Source: Eledone cirrhosa (Eukaryota). Taken from it: 64,000 nt of DNA. The notes below the pieces were generated by a model. It had not been told where the DNA came from, made no database searches, and worked only from the letters and a program-made list of their open reading frames with translations. Made by a program: the position numbers and the translations under genes. Positions 12,866 to 26,624 of the stretch are shown here, piece after piece. Numbering within the stretch: position 1 is the first letter of the stretch; every line of letters begins with the position of its first letter. The stretch lies in assembly GCA_964016885.1 (NCBI GenBank), contig OZ024742.1, positions 237,274,001-237,338,000 on the forward strand, given 5' to 3'.

Positions 12866-15343
12866 CAGAAAATGAAAAATGGCTTCCCACCATGGAGATA
12901 TTATAAATGATAGGAGAATTCTAAGGGTAGTTAATTCCAAAATTATTTATAAAAAGACAAATACTTTAAATAATGTAATTGAAAAGGGAGGTAACAATGT
13001 AGGCAACTTGTGTTTTACAGGGAACCAAGGGGTTAAGTTGAAAAGTCGAAGAAAATAAATTCAATTAATCTGGTCTAGACCATTTTTTCATAAAAAAATG
13101 TTGCTTCATAAGGACAGCGACTGAAGCAGTCAAGGTGCATATTTAATCAGCACTTTCCTGAAGCCAGTTGTGAGAGTATATTCCACTTCTCCGAATTACA
13201 CAGCTGGCAAAATTTTGTCCCATTGATGTAAGGGCTGGATTTTTCCAGTATACGCTATTTAATGGAGAACACTATGCAACTATTTTTGAGGTTCCACACA
13301 TAGTTCACGAGCTGAGTGTTATGTTTTTTTTGTCAATGGTCATTTCGTGACCATTTTTTTTGTCAATGATCATTTCGTGATTCAGGAAATAGCTTTTGAA
13401 CTGGCTCTCAGACATTCCTAAGTCCAGGCTTCAGTTTGGTGGTTCTCGTTGGTGGAGATCATATCTGCTTCATATATCATCCCTGTAGTGTTGCACTCTT
13501 GAACCTAGGGGCATGCCTCTGGCCTTCTGCATGAGCATCCGTAAGATGGAAGGTTTTTGCATTTGTTGGTGATGTAGGATTTTATGTTGTTGGCATAGAG
13601 TAACCTATTTTCACTGTATGGTGGTTGAATATTTTCCAGTATTTATGGCCTACAGGAAAGTGAAAATCTAAGAGGGCTAATAATTTCCTAGCTACACCAG
13701 TTTTCACACTGAGTGTGAATGGTGGCGTGAACCACATGACGGTTTTACATCTTGATTTTTTCTTGCTATATATAGAGCAGTGATCCGAGGAGTAAGAGAT
13801 TCAATTGTTGCTTAGGGCTGAGTTGTAGTAGGGGGCTGCCCTGTCAAAGATGGCTTTGTTAGAAGACAGGTTGGATACCCTCTTGCTAATGTTATTAATG
13901 AGATTTTCAAAAACTATAGATGGGTGACTAGAGTCCTTATGAATGTACCTAAGTTTTCCACTGAGTTTGTGAAAGGGTCTGTATGTGCGTGTATGTAGGC
14001 ATAAATTAATGCTAAGAAGTTAACACTGTTGAGGTTGATAGAGATGGTTACTTTTAGTACTAGGTTGTAATCAGATTTTTTTCTAAAAGTGTTGAGGTCA
14101 TGGCTCGATAATGCCAGACTATCATTACGATATAGGCCGCTATGGAAGTCAGGGAATTTCTTATGTAATCGGCACTGTCAAATGATCCCATCAGCACATC
14201 AAATAGGTCATTGTTAGTGGATTTCTTTCTCCAGGGGTACTCATTATTAAAGAGAAGGGCTTTCTTACAGTAGGATATTACTAAATGGTCTAACTCGTAT
14301 ATATTTGTGAAATTGTTAGCTAGTGAAATCTAAAGTCTTATCAAGTAAAGTCCTGGATATCAAACGGTAAAAGTCAACTACATCAAATTGTGTAAACCTT
14401 TTGAGTGTTTGAGGACGTTAAACCAATCTATGATTACTTGACTATTATCCCACTGATTAAGGTTGAACTATTGTCTAATAGCTATATTAATGTTTTGACG
14501 TATGACCTTACTAACAAGTTCTAATTCAGTTTTGGCAGAGTTTATGAGTCTGCAAGTTGGTTTATTAGTGAAGTACACCATATGATCCTTAAGTGTAACA
14601 TAAGCCTCTCTCCTAGCTAAGTATTCTAACTTGTTGTCTACTTTGAGGGTGGTGGCAATATGCTTTGCCTCATCATTGATGGCATGGGTCAGTTATTTTA
14701 TATTTAGACTGTATGGTATTGTTCAGAAGCTGGTTGGAGGTAGAATGATCAAGTTCATAAAGATTGTTAGGTTTATCTGATAGGACAATGGTTTTATTAG
14801 AGGATCTGAAGTTTTTTATGTCTCTACTTAGATTATTCTGACTGTTTGCGGAGAGATATGTTAGCAACTAGATTAAGAAGATCAGCTTCAAAAAAAGTGA
14901 GGTAATTTACCTTAGGTCGGTAATTTCTAGACTTCAGGTTGAAAACATTGGCTGAACTAGATAGTTTCCTGCCGAAGGCTAGTGGCCTCCATCTCAATCA
15001 CCTGACCATATCTTCAACTTTTTGAAGGAAGAGCTTAGAATAAGTCCTGTTGGATGAGGTCAGTATATTTTAAGGGAGTAGTCAATCTCTCCGATGTCCA
15101 TTTTCACATTGTGAGTGTACTCGAATATATAGAGTGCTCAACAGATTATTTGCTGATCTTACACTCATTTACTGGTCACAATAAGTTTCTGGAGCTGTAC
15201 AATTTTTTTTATAGTTACCTCCCTTTTACTTTATATTATTTAAGGTATTTGTCGATTTATAGATAATTTCAGGATTACCTACCCTTAGAATTCTCCTGTA
15301 CTTTCTAAAATCTCCATGGTGGGAAGCCATTTTTTATTTTCTG

Positions 15344-15393
15344 ACGGGTTGAATGAGTTCGGATATATAACCCAAAGAAACTTAAGTACCTGT
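15344..15393 (+). ncRNA. Second, decayed copy of the CUGAAUGA hammerhead-like motif
   Basis: ACGGG-TTGAATGA-GTTCGG..CCCAAA-GAAAC-TTAA-GTA-CCTGT. Confidence 0.5.
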
Positions 15394-15713
15394 ACATGTC
15401 GCTGCTGTAACTAATTATACTTATCTCATCCTATGGACATTCAGACCAAATTTGGTCTGAATGACCATAGGATATTCAGACCAAATACAACAGATCTTTT
15501 ATAGGCAGTCCCCAAATTGAATTTTCAATTTTCAGTTTTCTATTTTCTTTCCCTATCTTCGTAACCTTGTTAAGTAATTCTGTGGATGTTGCCTGATGAG
15601 AGCGTCCTGTCTTGCAACATAATTGGATGACAGGGCTGGGCCATTAAAATATGTCTAGTGAATTCATGGAATTTTTAAGCAAATTTTCCAGTCCAGCCTC
15701 TGTTGTTGTTTAA

Positions 15714-18116
15714 TCATCATCATCATCATCACCGTTTTACGTCCGTTCTTCCACACTAGCATGGGTTAGACGGGTTGTCCTGTTGTGGGCAGTGTCTGGT
15801 CGGCTGACCATGCCTTGCTCATACAGGAACTGATTTGGCTTGATTTCTACAGCTGGATGCCCTTCTTAACACCAACCTCATTTACAGTGTGGGCTGGGTG
15901 CTTTTTTGCCGTGGCACCTCCACGACCACCTTGCAGTGGGGGGTGTGGGGGCATATTGTCTATATGCTTCAGCTTGTACCCATGGGAGGTCGGGTACTCT
16001 GTATTACTGCGTGACGCCAGAGGTCACGGTCGTGTGTCATTGCCTTTGAGAGGTGTAATTGGGTAAGGTCGGCTTTTATCACCTCATCCCAGGTCATCCT
16101 GGGTCTCTCCACTCCGCGGTTTCCATCGACTTCTAGTGCTCTGCACATTTTTATGCAGCTGTCATCCTTCATACACATCACATGTCCATACCAGCGCAAC
16201 CGCCTCTCCTGCACACAGCATTTGATTCCTCTTATGCTCAGTCTCTCTCTCAATTCATTTATGCTTTGTTGTTCACGTATATTACTGTTACACATCCATC
16301 GGAGCATGCAGGCTTCGTTTCTCTCTAATCTACGTAAGTCTTCCACCTTCAGCGCCCAGGTCTCACTACCATGCAACATTGCTGTTCGGATACACGCATC
16401 ATACAGTCTGCCTTTCATTCTGAGGGAAAAGCCTTTTGCAGCTAGCAGTGGTAGTAGTTCCCTAAACTTCTTCCATCCCGTTCTTACCCTAGTTATTGTA
16501 CTTTCTGAACACCCACCTCCGCTGCTAATTTGGTCACCTAGGTAGCAGAAGCTGTCTACTGTTTCTACAGAGCCCTGCCAGAGATTGGTGGTACTTGTTT
16601 CCTGTGGTTGTTTGCTGCTTGCTGTCCCAGCACAGCTGCTGCATGTGAAGCCTACATTCTTAATTAAGCTTCCTGAGATCTCGCTACATCTCTTGTGTAC
16701 CCATTGTTTGCATTTGGGGCAGAGAATGGAGTTCCTATCTACACCATTCCTACATACTAAGCAAGGCCATTTCCCTAAGGGGATCTGGGTTCTGTTTTCT
16801 CGTCTACTTACAAGGACCTTAGTCTTTGTCATGTTGACTTTGCGACCCTTTCTTTCTAGTCCCTGCTTCCAAGTTTGGAATTTCTTCTCTAGTTCTACCA
16901 TAGATTCAGCTATAAGTGCGAGATCATCAGCATACAGGAGTTCCCATGGGCATCCGGTCTTAAACTCCTCCGTTATTGCCTGCAGGACTATGATGAACAG
17001 GAGGGGGCTAAGAACAGAGCCCTGGTGGACCCCAACCTGTACGCTAAATTCCTCGCTATACTCATTGCTAATCCTAACTTTGCTGACTGCTCCCCTATAC
17101 ATGGCTTGTACCGCTTTCACAAGCCATTCATCTACTCCTAGTTTTCTAAGAGCCCACCAGATTACAGCACGTGGAACTCTGTCAAAGGCTTTCTCAAGGT
17201 CGACAAATGCCAAGTAGAGTGGCTTACTTTTAGCTAGGTACTTTTCCTGTAGCTGCCTCACAAGGAAGAGGGCATCAGTGGTGCCTCTTCCTGGTACAAA
17301 CCCAAATTGCATCTCGTCTATTTTCACCCGGTCCCTAATCAACTGTGCTATAACTCTTTCTGTTACTTTCATGACCTGGTCCATCAACTTTATACCTCTA
17401 TAGTTTCCTCTATCTAGTGCATCACCTTTACCTTTGTAACAGTTGACAATGATGCTACTGCACCAATCTTTTGGTATGACACCTTCTAGTATTACCTGGT
17501 TAAAAATACGTGTGGTTATAGTGTGACCTACAGACCCAGATGCCTTCAGCATCTCGGCAGCTATACCCGATGGACCGGTTGCCTTCCCCATCTTCATATC
17601 TTTGATTGCCTTACTTATTACGTTGCTGCTGACTTGTACTGCTGGCCCCTCTATAGGGTCTACTTGGGGTAGGGTATCTTCTTCCCATGCATTCTCCTCA
17701 TTTAGTAATCTATCATAATGACTCTTCCATGCATCTTTCTTCTCAGCACTTGTGAGGGCAAGCTCACCTTTATCATTCCGGATACACTTCTCTCCAATGA
17801 CATCACAACTATCTCTGACACACTGCCTCGCAATCTTGAACACCTCCTGTTTCTGGTCCTCACGTTGCAAAACATGCTTGAATTTTCTACCCTCTGCTTC
17901 CCTCCTAGCTAAGTATACTTGTCGCCAGGGTACATTACATAGAGACCTCTTGGTCTCTATGTAATGTACCCTGCTCCCCCCATTTTTCCATTCTTTCCAT
18001 GCCTGTCTCTTGGCCTTAACTGCTTCATCTACCTTATTGTTCCACCACCAAGTCACTCTCCTCCTGCTTGAGGTCTTACTCCAGCCACAGACCTCATCCG
18101 TCGCCTCTAGTAAATT
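15714..18116 (-). mobile_element. Young 5'-truncated RTE LINE (subfamily A), open RT ORF 15969-18140
   Basis: 723-aa ORF with NYRGIKL, FVDLEKAFD, HQGSVLSP and YADD; no APE domain; (CAT)n tail. Confidence 0.95.
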
Positions 18117-18503
18117 ATGGCTATTCATCCAGCCATCCATACAAATTTTTCGAAGGTATTTAGCTCTTATGACGCTATTATTATTAATATTATTGTTGCT
18201 GTATTATATCGGCTATTTGCCATGCGGTATCCTATCGGTTAGTTTGTTAGCCTTGACAGCGACCCCCCCCCTCTCTATCTCTCTCTCTATGATGGCTACC
18301 CTCTCCCTATCTATCTCTAAGCCACCCATTACCTCCCGTTCCCCTTTCGCCCATTCCACCTCACTCATCTTGAAGCTATTGAAGAGATAAGGCACTCTAT
18401 TCTATCGGCTAAAATGAATCACTAGAGTTGATTTGGATTCGTTCCAGCCATCCATCCATACAAATTTTTCGAAGGTATTTAGCTCTTATGACGCTATTAT
18501 TAT

Positions 18504-18540
<37 letters not shown>

Positions 18541-18920
18541 TGAAGATATTCGAAAGTTTCTTGGAATAAAATAAGAGCCTAAATATAAAGAATGAAAGTA
18601 AAAAATGAAGATATGCACATCACGTAAGATGGCTGTGTTATTGATGGCTGAATCATGGCACTCTCTTCAGGCAGCTATTGATTAAGACCAGATGCTTTCA
18701 AGAATTCTCTCAAATATTAATTGTGCTAATTTTACTGAATCTTCACCTGACACTACAACTAAAGAAGACATTTTGGAAAGTTTGCTTTAACAAGATTTAT
18801 TTCTGACATTTTTAAATACTGCCTTTAACAAAAATAAAATAAATATATAAATACATGCAACAACAATAATAGTAATAGTAATAATATTAGTTATAATAAT
18901 AGTCATAAAAACAATAATAA

Positions 18921-18951
<31 letters not shown>

Positions 18952-18964
18952 AAATAAAAAGTGC

Positions 18965-19555
18965 ATTCTTCTTCTTCTCCTACTCCTCCTCCTCCTTCTT
19001 TGCCCACATATTCCTGAGAGGGTCATGGGGGCACAATCTTCAAACACTCCTTCCAGTGGGCCCTGTCAGAAGCAACCATCTCCAACTGATCCGATTAGAT
19101 TCCCAAGCAAGACCAACCAAGCTCATGGATATTATCCAACTATCTTGCTCAAGGTCCACCCTTGGATCATATGTCCTTTCAAGGTCGACAAGACAAGAAT
19201 ATACGTCTTGGCAATATGCTCATGATTTCTCGAAGACCTGCTGCAGTGTGAATATTTGGTTAGCTGAGCTGCATCCAGGGCGAAAACCGCACTGTTCATC
19301 AGCTAGCTTGGACTCGACAATCTCCCTCGTCTCTTTACCAGACACTAAGCATAGACTTTACCAAAGAGGCTTAACAAGGAGATCTCTTTGTAATTGGAGC
19401 AATCTCTCTTGTCTCCTTTTTTGAAAATTGGGATTATCACTCCCGATTGCCATTGCTTAAGTATCTTTCCAGAAATCCAGGCCACTCAGCACACATAAGT
19501 CAGCCAGATAATACCGTCTCTATTTAAGGATTTTAACATCTTGGACCAGGTTGTA
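18965..19555 (-). mobile_element. Degenerate RTE (Expander/REX3-like) fragment
   Basis: IIPIFKKGDKRDCSNY.EISLLS..GKVYA on the minus strand; (AAG)n-type tail. Confidence 0.65.
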
Positions 19556-21279
19556 AAGATGTAAACATAATCATCCTCATTAACATCCTCCTCCTCGTCA
19601 CCATCATCACCATCATTATCAAGATTTAGTATCTGCTTTTTCATGCTAGCATAGGTTGGATAGGTCATGTCAGCACTCAATTGGAGCCATAATCCTCACA
19701 AATAAACAGGGAGCACATCTCACACATGTATTTTTCGACATTTCACAGAGTGTAATGGGTGCATTTTATCATGGCACCATCACTAGGGAGGTTTGTCCTC
19801 ATGAACCAATTAAAGAATCTCTTCCCTATGGTTGGCAAGATTTTGATAGCTGGATGCCTTTTACAAGGTGTACTGAGTGGCATCTGGTTAAAATTATATG
19901 TTGTTGTTTTTTTTAGTTATTATTGTAGAAATGTAAATAAGGCTATGTGGTTAAGAAATGTTCTTTGTAATCATGCCATTTCAGGTTCAGTCCCTCTGTG
20001 ACACCTTGGGAAAGTGTCTTCCACTATAACCACTGACTGGTGAATGACTTGGGATTTAAATTCAGCTGAAGTTAAATATATATTATGATAGCAATGATAT
20101 AGTAGGTATAGATATACAAAAAAGTTGTACGAAACAGATTGAACAGTTGCACGAACAGATTGAAAATATATTAGTCATAATGCTAATGGAAAATAGTAGA
20201 TGGAGATGTCTGTGGGAATCAAACCACAGAAGAGATGACAAAAGAAAGAAACAAATGAAGAAACACTGTATTGAAGAGGACTCAAATGACCAATGCAAGC
20301 AGAGAAAAATAAATATAAAAATAGTAAAGCTGATGATGATAGCAATGATATATTAGGTATAACTATACAAAAAGTTTTATATGTAAAGAAGTAAGAAACA
20401 GATCTACTGCTATAAATTTCATTGACAAATATATCTATAAGGTAACTGTGTAAAAAGCAACATTTGAAAAAAAACTTAGTGAAATAAATAAATCTTAGAT
20501 ATATATCAATGTTGTGAGAGAAATATTTAGACAGTATATCATGGTTATTGCATGCAAAAGTCAACACATCAATGAAGAATATTGTCTGAAATAGCAGCAG
20601 TTATAATTACTTGTATGTTTTATCTCTAAGATCTTACATCAAAAGTTTTAATAAATCTTTAAAAAAAAGTTTGAGCTGCAAAATGTCTCATACATGGAAT
20701 ACAGAAATCTTTATAAATAAAATATATAAGAGACTATAGAGGAGTCTTTGACCTTGTCAGAGGCAAGACTACCTCTTTAGAGTTACTGCCATGATAAAAT
20801 GCACTCAATACACTATGTAAAGTGGTTGGTGATCAAATTGAGACAACATAGGGAAGAGAGAACTCTTCAATCATGATAATTTCTCTAGTGTTGGTGCCAC
20901 AATAAAATACACCCAGTACACTGGAAAAAAACTGGCGCAAACCATGATGACCCATCCAGCAAATACCAGTGTACATAAAATGGTGGAATATGATGATAAT
21001 GAAATTTGAAAAGTAAAAATAAGCTGAGATCACTTAATTAAAAAATATACCAACAATAACAAGCATTTTAAGAAGGTTTTCCCTGCTAAAGCAGGGATTA
21101 GCCTTGTGGGCCCATGTGACACTTCTTCATTTTACCCATTTCTCTGCACCCATCTCATCAACTCCCTTGGTCTTCCCCTTCCTCTAATTCCCTCCACATT
21201 TCCCTCAACCAGTATGATTACACTTAAAGATACACTATATTAAAATAATAAAGGTATATATGGAGCCATATACAATATG

Positions 21280-22605
21280 TTTATCATCAACATTATCATC
21301 ATTGTCTTTCCATCCATTTTTCCATGCTTGCATTGGATGGACATGTCCTTTTCAGCACACCATCTCTACACTTGCATTCTTTCGTCATCCCCTCTGTGAG
21401 TTTCAGGGATTTGAGATCAGCTCTCACCACCTCTGCCCAGTTCTTCCTTGGTCTACCTGTACTGTAGCTTCCTTTCACTGGCATTTCCTGGCATGTTTTC
21501 ACCCAGCAATCATCATCCATGCACTTCACATGTCCATGCAACACAGTCTTTTTTCTTGCACATCACTTCGGATTCCTCTTAAACCCAGTTTCTCCTTTTG
21601 TTCATCCAAGCTCTGCATTTCTCTCACATTTACATTGCACGTCCAATAAAGCATGATTGCGTCATTTCTCTCCAGCCTATGCATGTCTTCTGCAGTCACT
21701 GCCCATGTTTCACTACCATACAGCATCACACTTCACACACAAACATTATACAGTCATTTTTTTGTATATAGGGAGAAAGCTTTTGTTGTCAACAGTGGGA
21801 GTAACTCTTTAAACTTCTTCCATCCTGTCCTTAATCTAGCTATTATACTCTCAGAGCACTCTCCTCTGCTGCTAATTAAATCACCTAGATAGCAAAAGCT
21901 ATCAAGCACTTCTATGGATCTTTCATGTGATTGGAAAAGGTTTATATCATTGACACTTTCCCCTTGATTATGCCTGGGTAAATTATACATATAAAATCTT
22001 CCATTCCTGTTAGTCTACCTGGTATCTCACTACATCTCTTGTGAATCCAAGATTTACATTGTGCACATCGTATTGAGTTTATGCCTACCTCTTTCCTACA
22101 TTTTGAGCAGGGCCATTCCCTGAGGGAATCAGGCTCTTATTGTCTTTCCTACTTACTAGCACTTTAATCTTGGTTAAGTTTACTCTCAGACCTTTTGATT
22201 CCAACTTCTGTTTCCATAGTCAGAACTTAATCTCTAGTTTTTTTTATGGATTCGGCTATAAGAGCCAGATCATCCACATAGGGATGTTCCCATGGACAGC
22301 CAGTTTTAAACTTCTCTGTTATAGCCTGGAGAACTATAATGAATAGCAGTGTGCTGAGAACCAAACCCTGATAAACTCATACCTGTAGCTTGAATTCCTC
22401 ACTAAACTCACTTCCTACTCTCAATTTACTAACAGCTTTCTGCACATGGTATGCATTGCTCTCACAAGCCATTCTTCTACACCTAATTTCCTTAAGGACC
22501 ACCAGATAACAGAATGAGTAATTTTGTTAAAGGCTTTTTCTAGATCAACAAAATTTAAATATAGGGGCTTATTCTTGGCTAGGAACTTATCTTGTAGTTG
22601 CCTTG
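21280..22605 (-). mobile_element. Older RTE LINE (subfamily D) fragment
   Basis: DSFCYLGD, GWKKFKELLP and YGSETW motifs; many frameshifts. Confidence 0.85.
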
Positions 22606-22729
22606 AGGGTTTATGTGTAATAAATATATATTTAACCTAATTATGACATATGTATGTATTTTTATTATATGTAAATATATTGGATATGGCTCTCTATATA
22701 TACCTTTATTCTGAAACCCACCGTGTTAA

Positions 22730-22954
22730 CCCTTTTTTGACAATATTTCTAATGCTATACATAGTATTTCAAGTAATTCATGGAGAATTTTGAGAGATTA
22801 ACTAAAATTATTAATTTGTGTGACAGTACACTACCATATAGTTCTTAAATTAAACCACGCTGGAAGATTTTTTACTTTAAAAAAGAACCCTTTAAAATGG
22901 GCAGTTTTGTTTCATAGAACCAGAACTGTTTCAGCTAGGTTGGTATGAAAAGGG
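22730..22954. mobile_element. MITE family B copy
   Basis: TTAA-CCCTTTT...AAAAGGG-TTAA. Confidence 0.75.
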
Positions 22955-22991
22955 TTAATGCTATTGTTAGTTAAAAACTGAACATACTTAC

Positions 22992-23142
22992 TTGTATTTA
23001 TGTTAGAAATTTCAAGATTTTTGTATGAAGAAATGAATATACATTGTAGAATCTGGGATGATTTTGATGATAAACTTGTGTAGAATGTTGCAGAAATTCC
23101 TGATTTACTATGACCCATAGTTTCACAAATATAGCGGAGGCA
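22992..23142 (-). CDS. STK36: STK36-like exon, CLRYICETMGHSKSGISATFYTSLSSKSSQILQCIFISSYKNLEISNINT
   Basis: Acceptor TTTTATTCCACAG, donor GTAAGT; 151 nt, phase 0 to 1. Strong resemblance to recalled human [24 protein letters not shown]. Confidence 0.85.
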
Positions 23143-24195
23143 CTGTGGAATAAAATATGATATAGAAAAATAACAATGATGTATTTAAAACTTCAAATAA
23201 ATAAATTTTGATAGTTTTAAAGTCTGTATTCAAAAGAATGTCAGTTAGCCAGCTAGACCTTTGAGCCTATAAGACCAAATGCTAGGGATTTAAACTAGAG
23301 AAAGACCACACTAGTTGCAGACATGCTGCAAACCCACAGAATGACACCAGTGCAGTGCTGACATCTTGTTGCAGATCACCAATTTCATCTCCCCCAAAAA
23401 ACTATCCTGGTAAAAGCACCCAAACTAATGTTAAAATCATTAGAACATCAAACAATATGTCTTGCAGTATATATTCCTAGAGTTTTTAATTTAAATCCTG
23501 CAACGATTAACTTTGCTTTTCATATATCTAAAGTTATTAAATGAAATACCAGTCTAGAGTGATGAAATAGTGAAATAATTCAAGTGTATGATACCCCACG
23601 GGGGTATCTGCTCCAGCTCTTTATGTTCTGAGTTAAAATCTCAATGTGGACTACTTAGCCAGTAGACTTGATCCACTGCATAGTTTAACACCACCACATG
23701 GCTCTTTGGTGTCTTTGGTAGAGTCCCATCCTATCAGTTTTCCAGTTTAAAGGGACCTTCTTTCTTCCTTTCATCCCATCAGTCTTGGAAGCCATGAAAA
23801 GGGTCACTGGTACTTTCCAAATTAACAACACAAAATATGTAAACTCTATAAAGTGGTTGGCAATCAAACAAAGATAATACAGAGTAGAGAGGGTTCTTCA
23901 GTCCTGATGACAACCACTCCAGCGCTGGTGCTATGATTAAATGCACCCAGTACACTCAGTAAAGTGTTAGTGCTGCTGCTAAGATAAACGGTATCCATCT
24001 ACTGCATAGTGGTAGTGCTTGCACCATGATAAAATGCACCCAATAGAGTGTCGTGGTTCGTATTAAGAAAAACATCCATCTGTAGAAACCATACCAAAAT
24101 ATGAAACATCTGAGCAAGGCATGCTATCCAAACTGTCTTGTCTTGGATTATAATTATCTGTTCTTCCCTTGCCAGCATGGAAAGTAACCATAAAA

Positions 24196-24420
24196 TGATG
24201 GTGGTGGTGCTGGTGGTGGTGGTGGTGGTAATGGTGGTTGTGTGGTTGTGGTGATAGTGGTGGTGGTGGTTATGGTGGTAGTGGTGGTGGTAGTGGTGGT
24301 AGTTGTGGTGGTGGTTGTTGTTGTGGTGGTGGTGGTTGTTGTTGTTGTGGTGGTGGTTGTGGTGGTGGTGGTGGTGGTGGTTGTTATGGTGATGGTTGTT
24401 GTTGTGTAAAGATGATGATG
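24196..24420. repeat. (GGT/TGT)n microsatellite extending an RTE-type (TGA)n tail
   Basis: Read directly. Confidence 0.9.
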
Positions 24421-25882
24421 AAGAAGCTATGTAACTGCTTTATACATGATTTAATTTTTCCATTAACAAACTAAATGAACAGAAAATATATGAGGAAGAA
24501 TATATAAAGTTAGCAGATCAATAAGTTGTTGAAGGTTGCAGTAAATATTTGTTTTCTGAGAACAAATCAAGATGTTAATATTGATAGTCATTTCCAATAA
24601 ATGAAACAATCAAATCTATTGTTTATTGGAGATAAATATGAAAGTTTCTTTATGGATGATATATTATTGATTACTGGGAAAGCTTTATGAGACGAAAAGT
24701 GCAATGCTGCATGGTAGTGAGACAGAGGTATTACATCAAGAGGATGTGACTCAGGATGAGATAATCTGTCCAGCCCCTGTAAACATGAAAAAGGGACATA
24801 AAATGACGATGATGACGTTGTAATACTTCATCAAATCCTAATGGGAAGGTGGAGTAATGACAAAGCCTTGGCTTCATCATAAGTTTTTTTAATGGATGCT
24901 TTATTGTAATGAGTTACCACATTTACTGCAAGCTGATACTGTCTGCCTTGGCACAACTTCTGACAGAAGGAGGTAGGACTGGATCTTAGAACACACAGAG
25001 GCCGATCAGATACTTTCTTAAGACTAACTTTACAGAATGTACTGTGTGTATTTTATCATGGCACTCCTACCATTTTACATATTGTACAAGGTGCATTTTA
25101 TCCTGTCAGCAGCTCTACCATTTTATAAAGTATACTGAGTATGTTATTATGGCACCAGTACTGCCAGTTTATAGAGTGTACTGAGAGCATTTTATCATGG
25201 TACCATCAAGTAATTTCACAATGAAATTTATCCTTTTCAATAATTCTAAATTATTCAGTACTTTAAATGTTTAAACATTTTGATACTAAACTGCCTGAAA
25301 CTACCCTTGATTCTGTGGTAGAAAACTGATTGTTTTAAAAGGTTTATATTTATCTAAAAACTTTTTATTATCATTTTATATAAGAAACTTTGTTCCAAAC
25401 ACCAGCTTAGTAATGAGAAAGATAAGTATTTTACTAAATCTCTCCAGATTCTTCATTATATTTTAAATTGTTCAAAATTATAGACAGAGCCTTTCACTAG
25501 AAATTTTGTAACAAAAAGAAAATAAGAAATCAATTGATATTGTTTTTTTCGGGGGGGGGGGGGGGGGGCGTCTGAAATAAAGATTGTGAGATAAATAAAT
25601 ACTCTTCAAATATTGTTTATTTCTTTGAATGGCTCTTCAGTTTAAAATTTTTAAAGTATAATATTTAACTGGAAAAAAATAACAATTTTCAAAATTATAC
25701 ACTTATCACAAAAAATAAAACATAGAATACAGTATTTTTACTCATTTACTGGTTTCAGTCATTAGATTGCAGCTATGCTAGGGCATTGCCTTGATGTAGT
25801 CCATCATATTGCCTCTAGTACCCATTTTTTCAAGTCTGGTACATCTTTTATCAATCTCTTTTTTGTTGAATCCAAACACAGT

Positions 25883-25913
<31 letters not shown>

Positions 25914-26624
25914 GACAGGCTTCTGCAGTTTTTGTCAAGCAAGACATTTGTCCTTTTGAAGCTACATTAAAAAAACACTTGATCAAGCTACCATGCAGCA
26001 TGACTGAACCCAAAGCCATGTGGTTGCAAAGCAAAATCCCTGACAACAACAATACCTGCACCTAAAATATACAAGTTGCACCATCTTTCATGAAAAATGC
26101 AATGAGAAAATCTAATATATGATTGATCTACTAGACCTACAAACCTCAATTCAAAGTATATAGTATAATCTCTAAAATGATTTGGATTAGGAAGGGCATC
26201 CAGCTGTAGAATTTGTATCAAAATACGGAACATATGAGTAAAACATAGTTATATGACCAAACTTGGACTGTAAAAACCTATCAAACCCATGCTAGTATGG
26301 AAAATGGACGTATGATGATGATTGTAAACTTTGTATGTAAGAGGGAGACATGACACATTTTATGGTGAGATTTATACACAAATATATACAGTATGTCAAA
26401 TAGCAGCAAATTTGTCATATCACCATCATACCAATCCTGATAATTTCTCTTTTTCAACAATTAAAAAAATATTCAGTACTTCAATCCTTTTAATACCAAA
26501 ACAGCAAAATATGAACCTGGGTTTATGAAATGAAACCATCCATTTTATAGGGTTCCTATTTAAATTAAAATTTTATAGCGTGATTTGATATAAGAATTGT
26601 TTGTTACAAATATCATCACCTTAA

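Larger units (their letters stand above)
12791..15418 (-). mobile_element. Degenerate Penelope-like element (tentatively Naiad-like) with inverted terminal pLTRs
   Basis: Minus-strand LKDH, FDVVDFY, WFTPPF and CSC..CP..C/CQLC motifs; ~165-bp inverted repeats at ~12791-12952 and ~15256-15418. Confidence 0.85.

Noticed and set aside
15588-15620. TGTTGC-CTGATGA...GCAACA hammerhead candidate
   Set aside because: No GAAA or stem III; at best a deleted relic.
16585-17217. Long antisense ORFs over RTE RT (also 43532-44161 and 52421-52822)
   Set aside because: Shadow frames of the RT coding strand with no recognisable domain.
20175-20590. 130-aa minus-strand ORF with an acceptor-like site
   Set aside because: No good donor, low-complexity composition, and the flanking exons already join in phase.
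24238-24474. Gly/Cys-rich 78-aa ORF resembling a structural or metal-binding protein
   Set aside because: Translation of a (GGT/TGT)n microsatellite grown from a retroelement tail.
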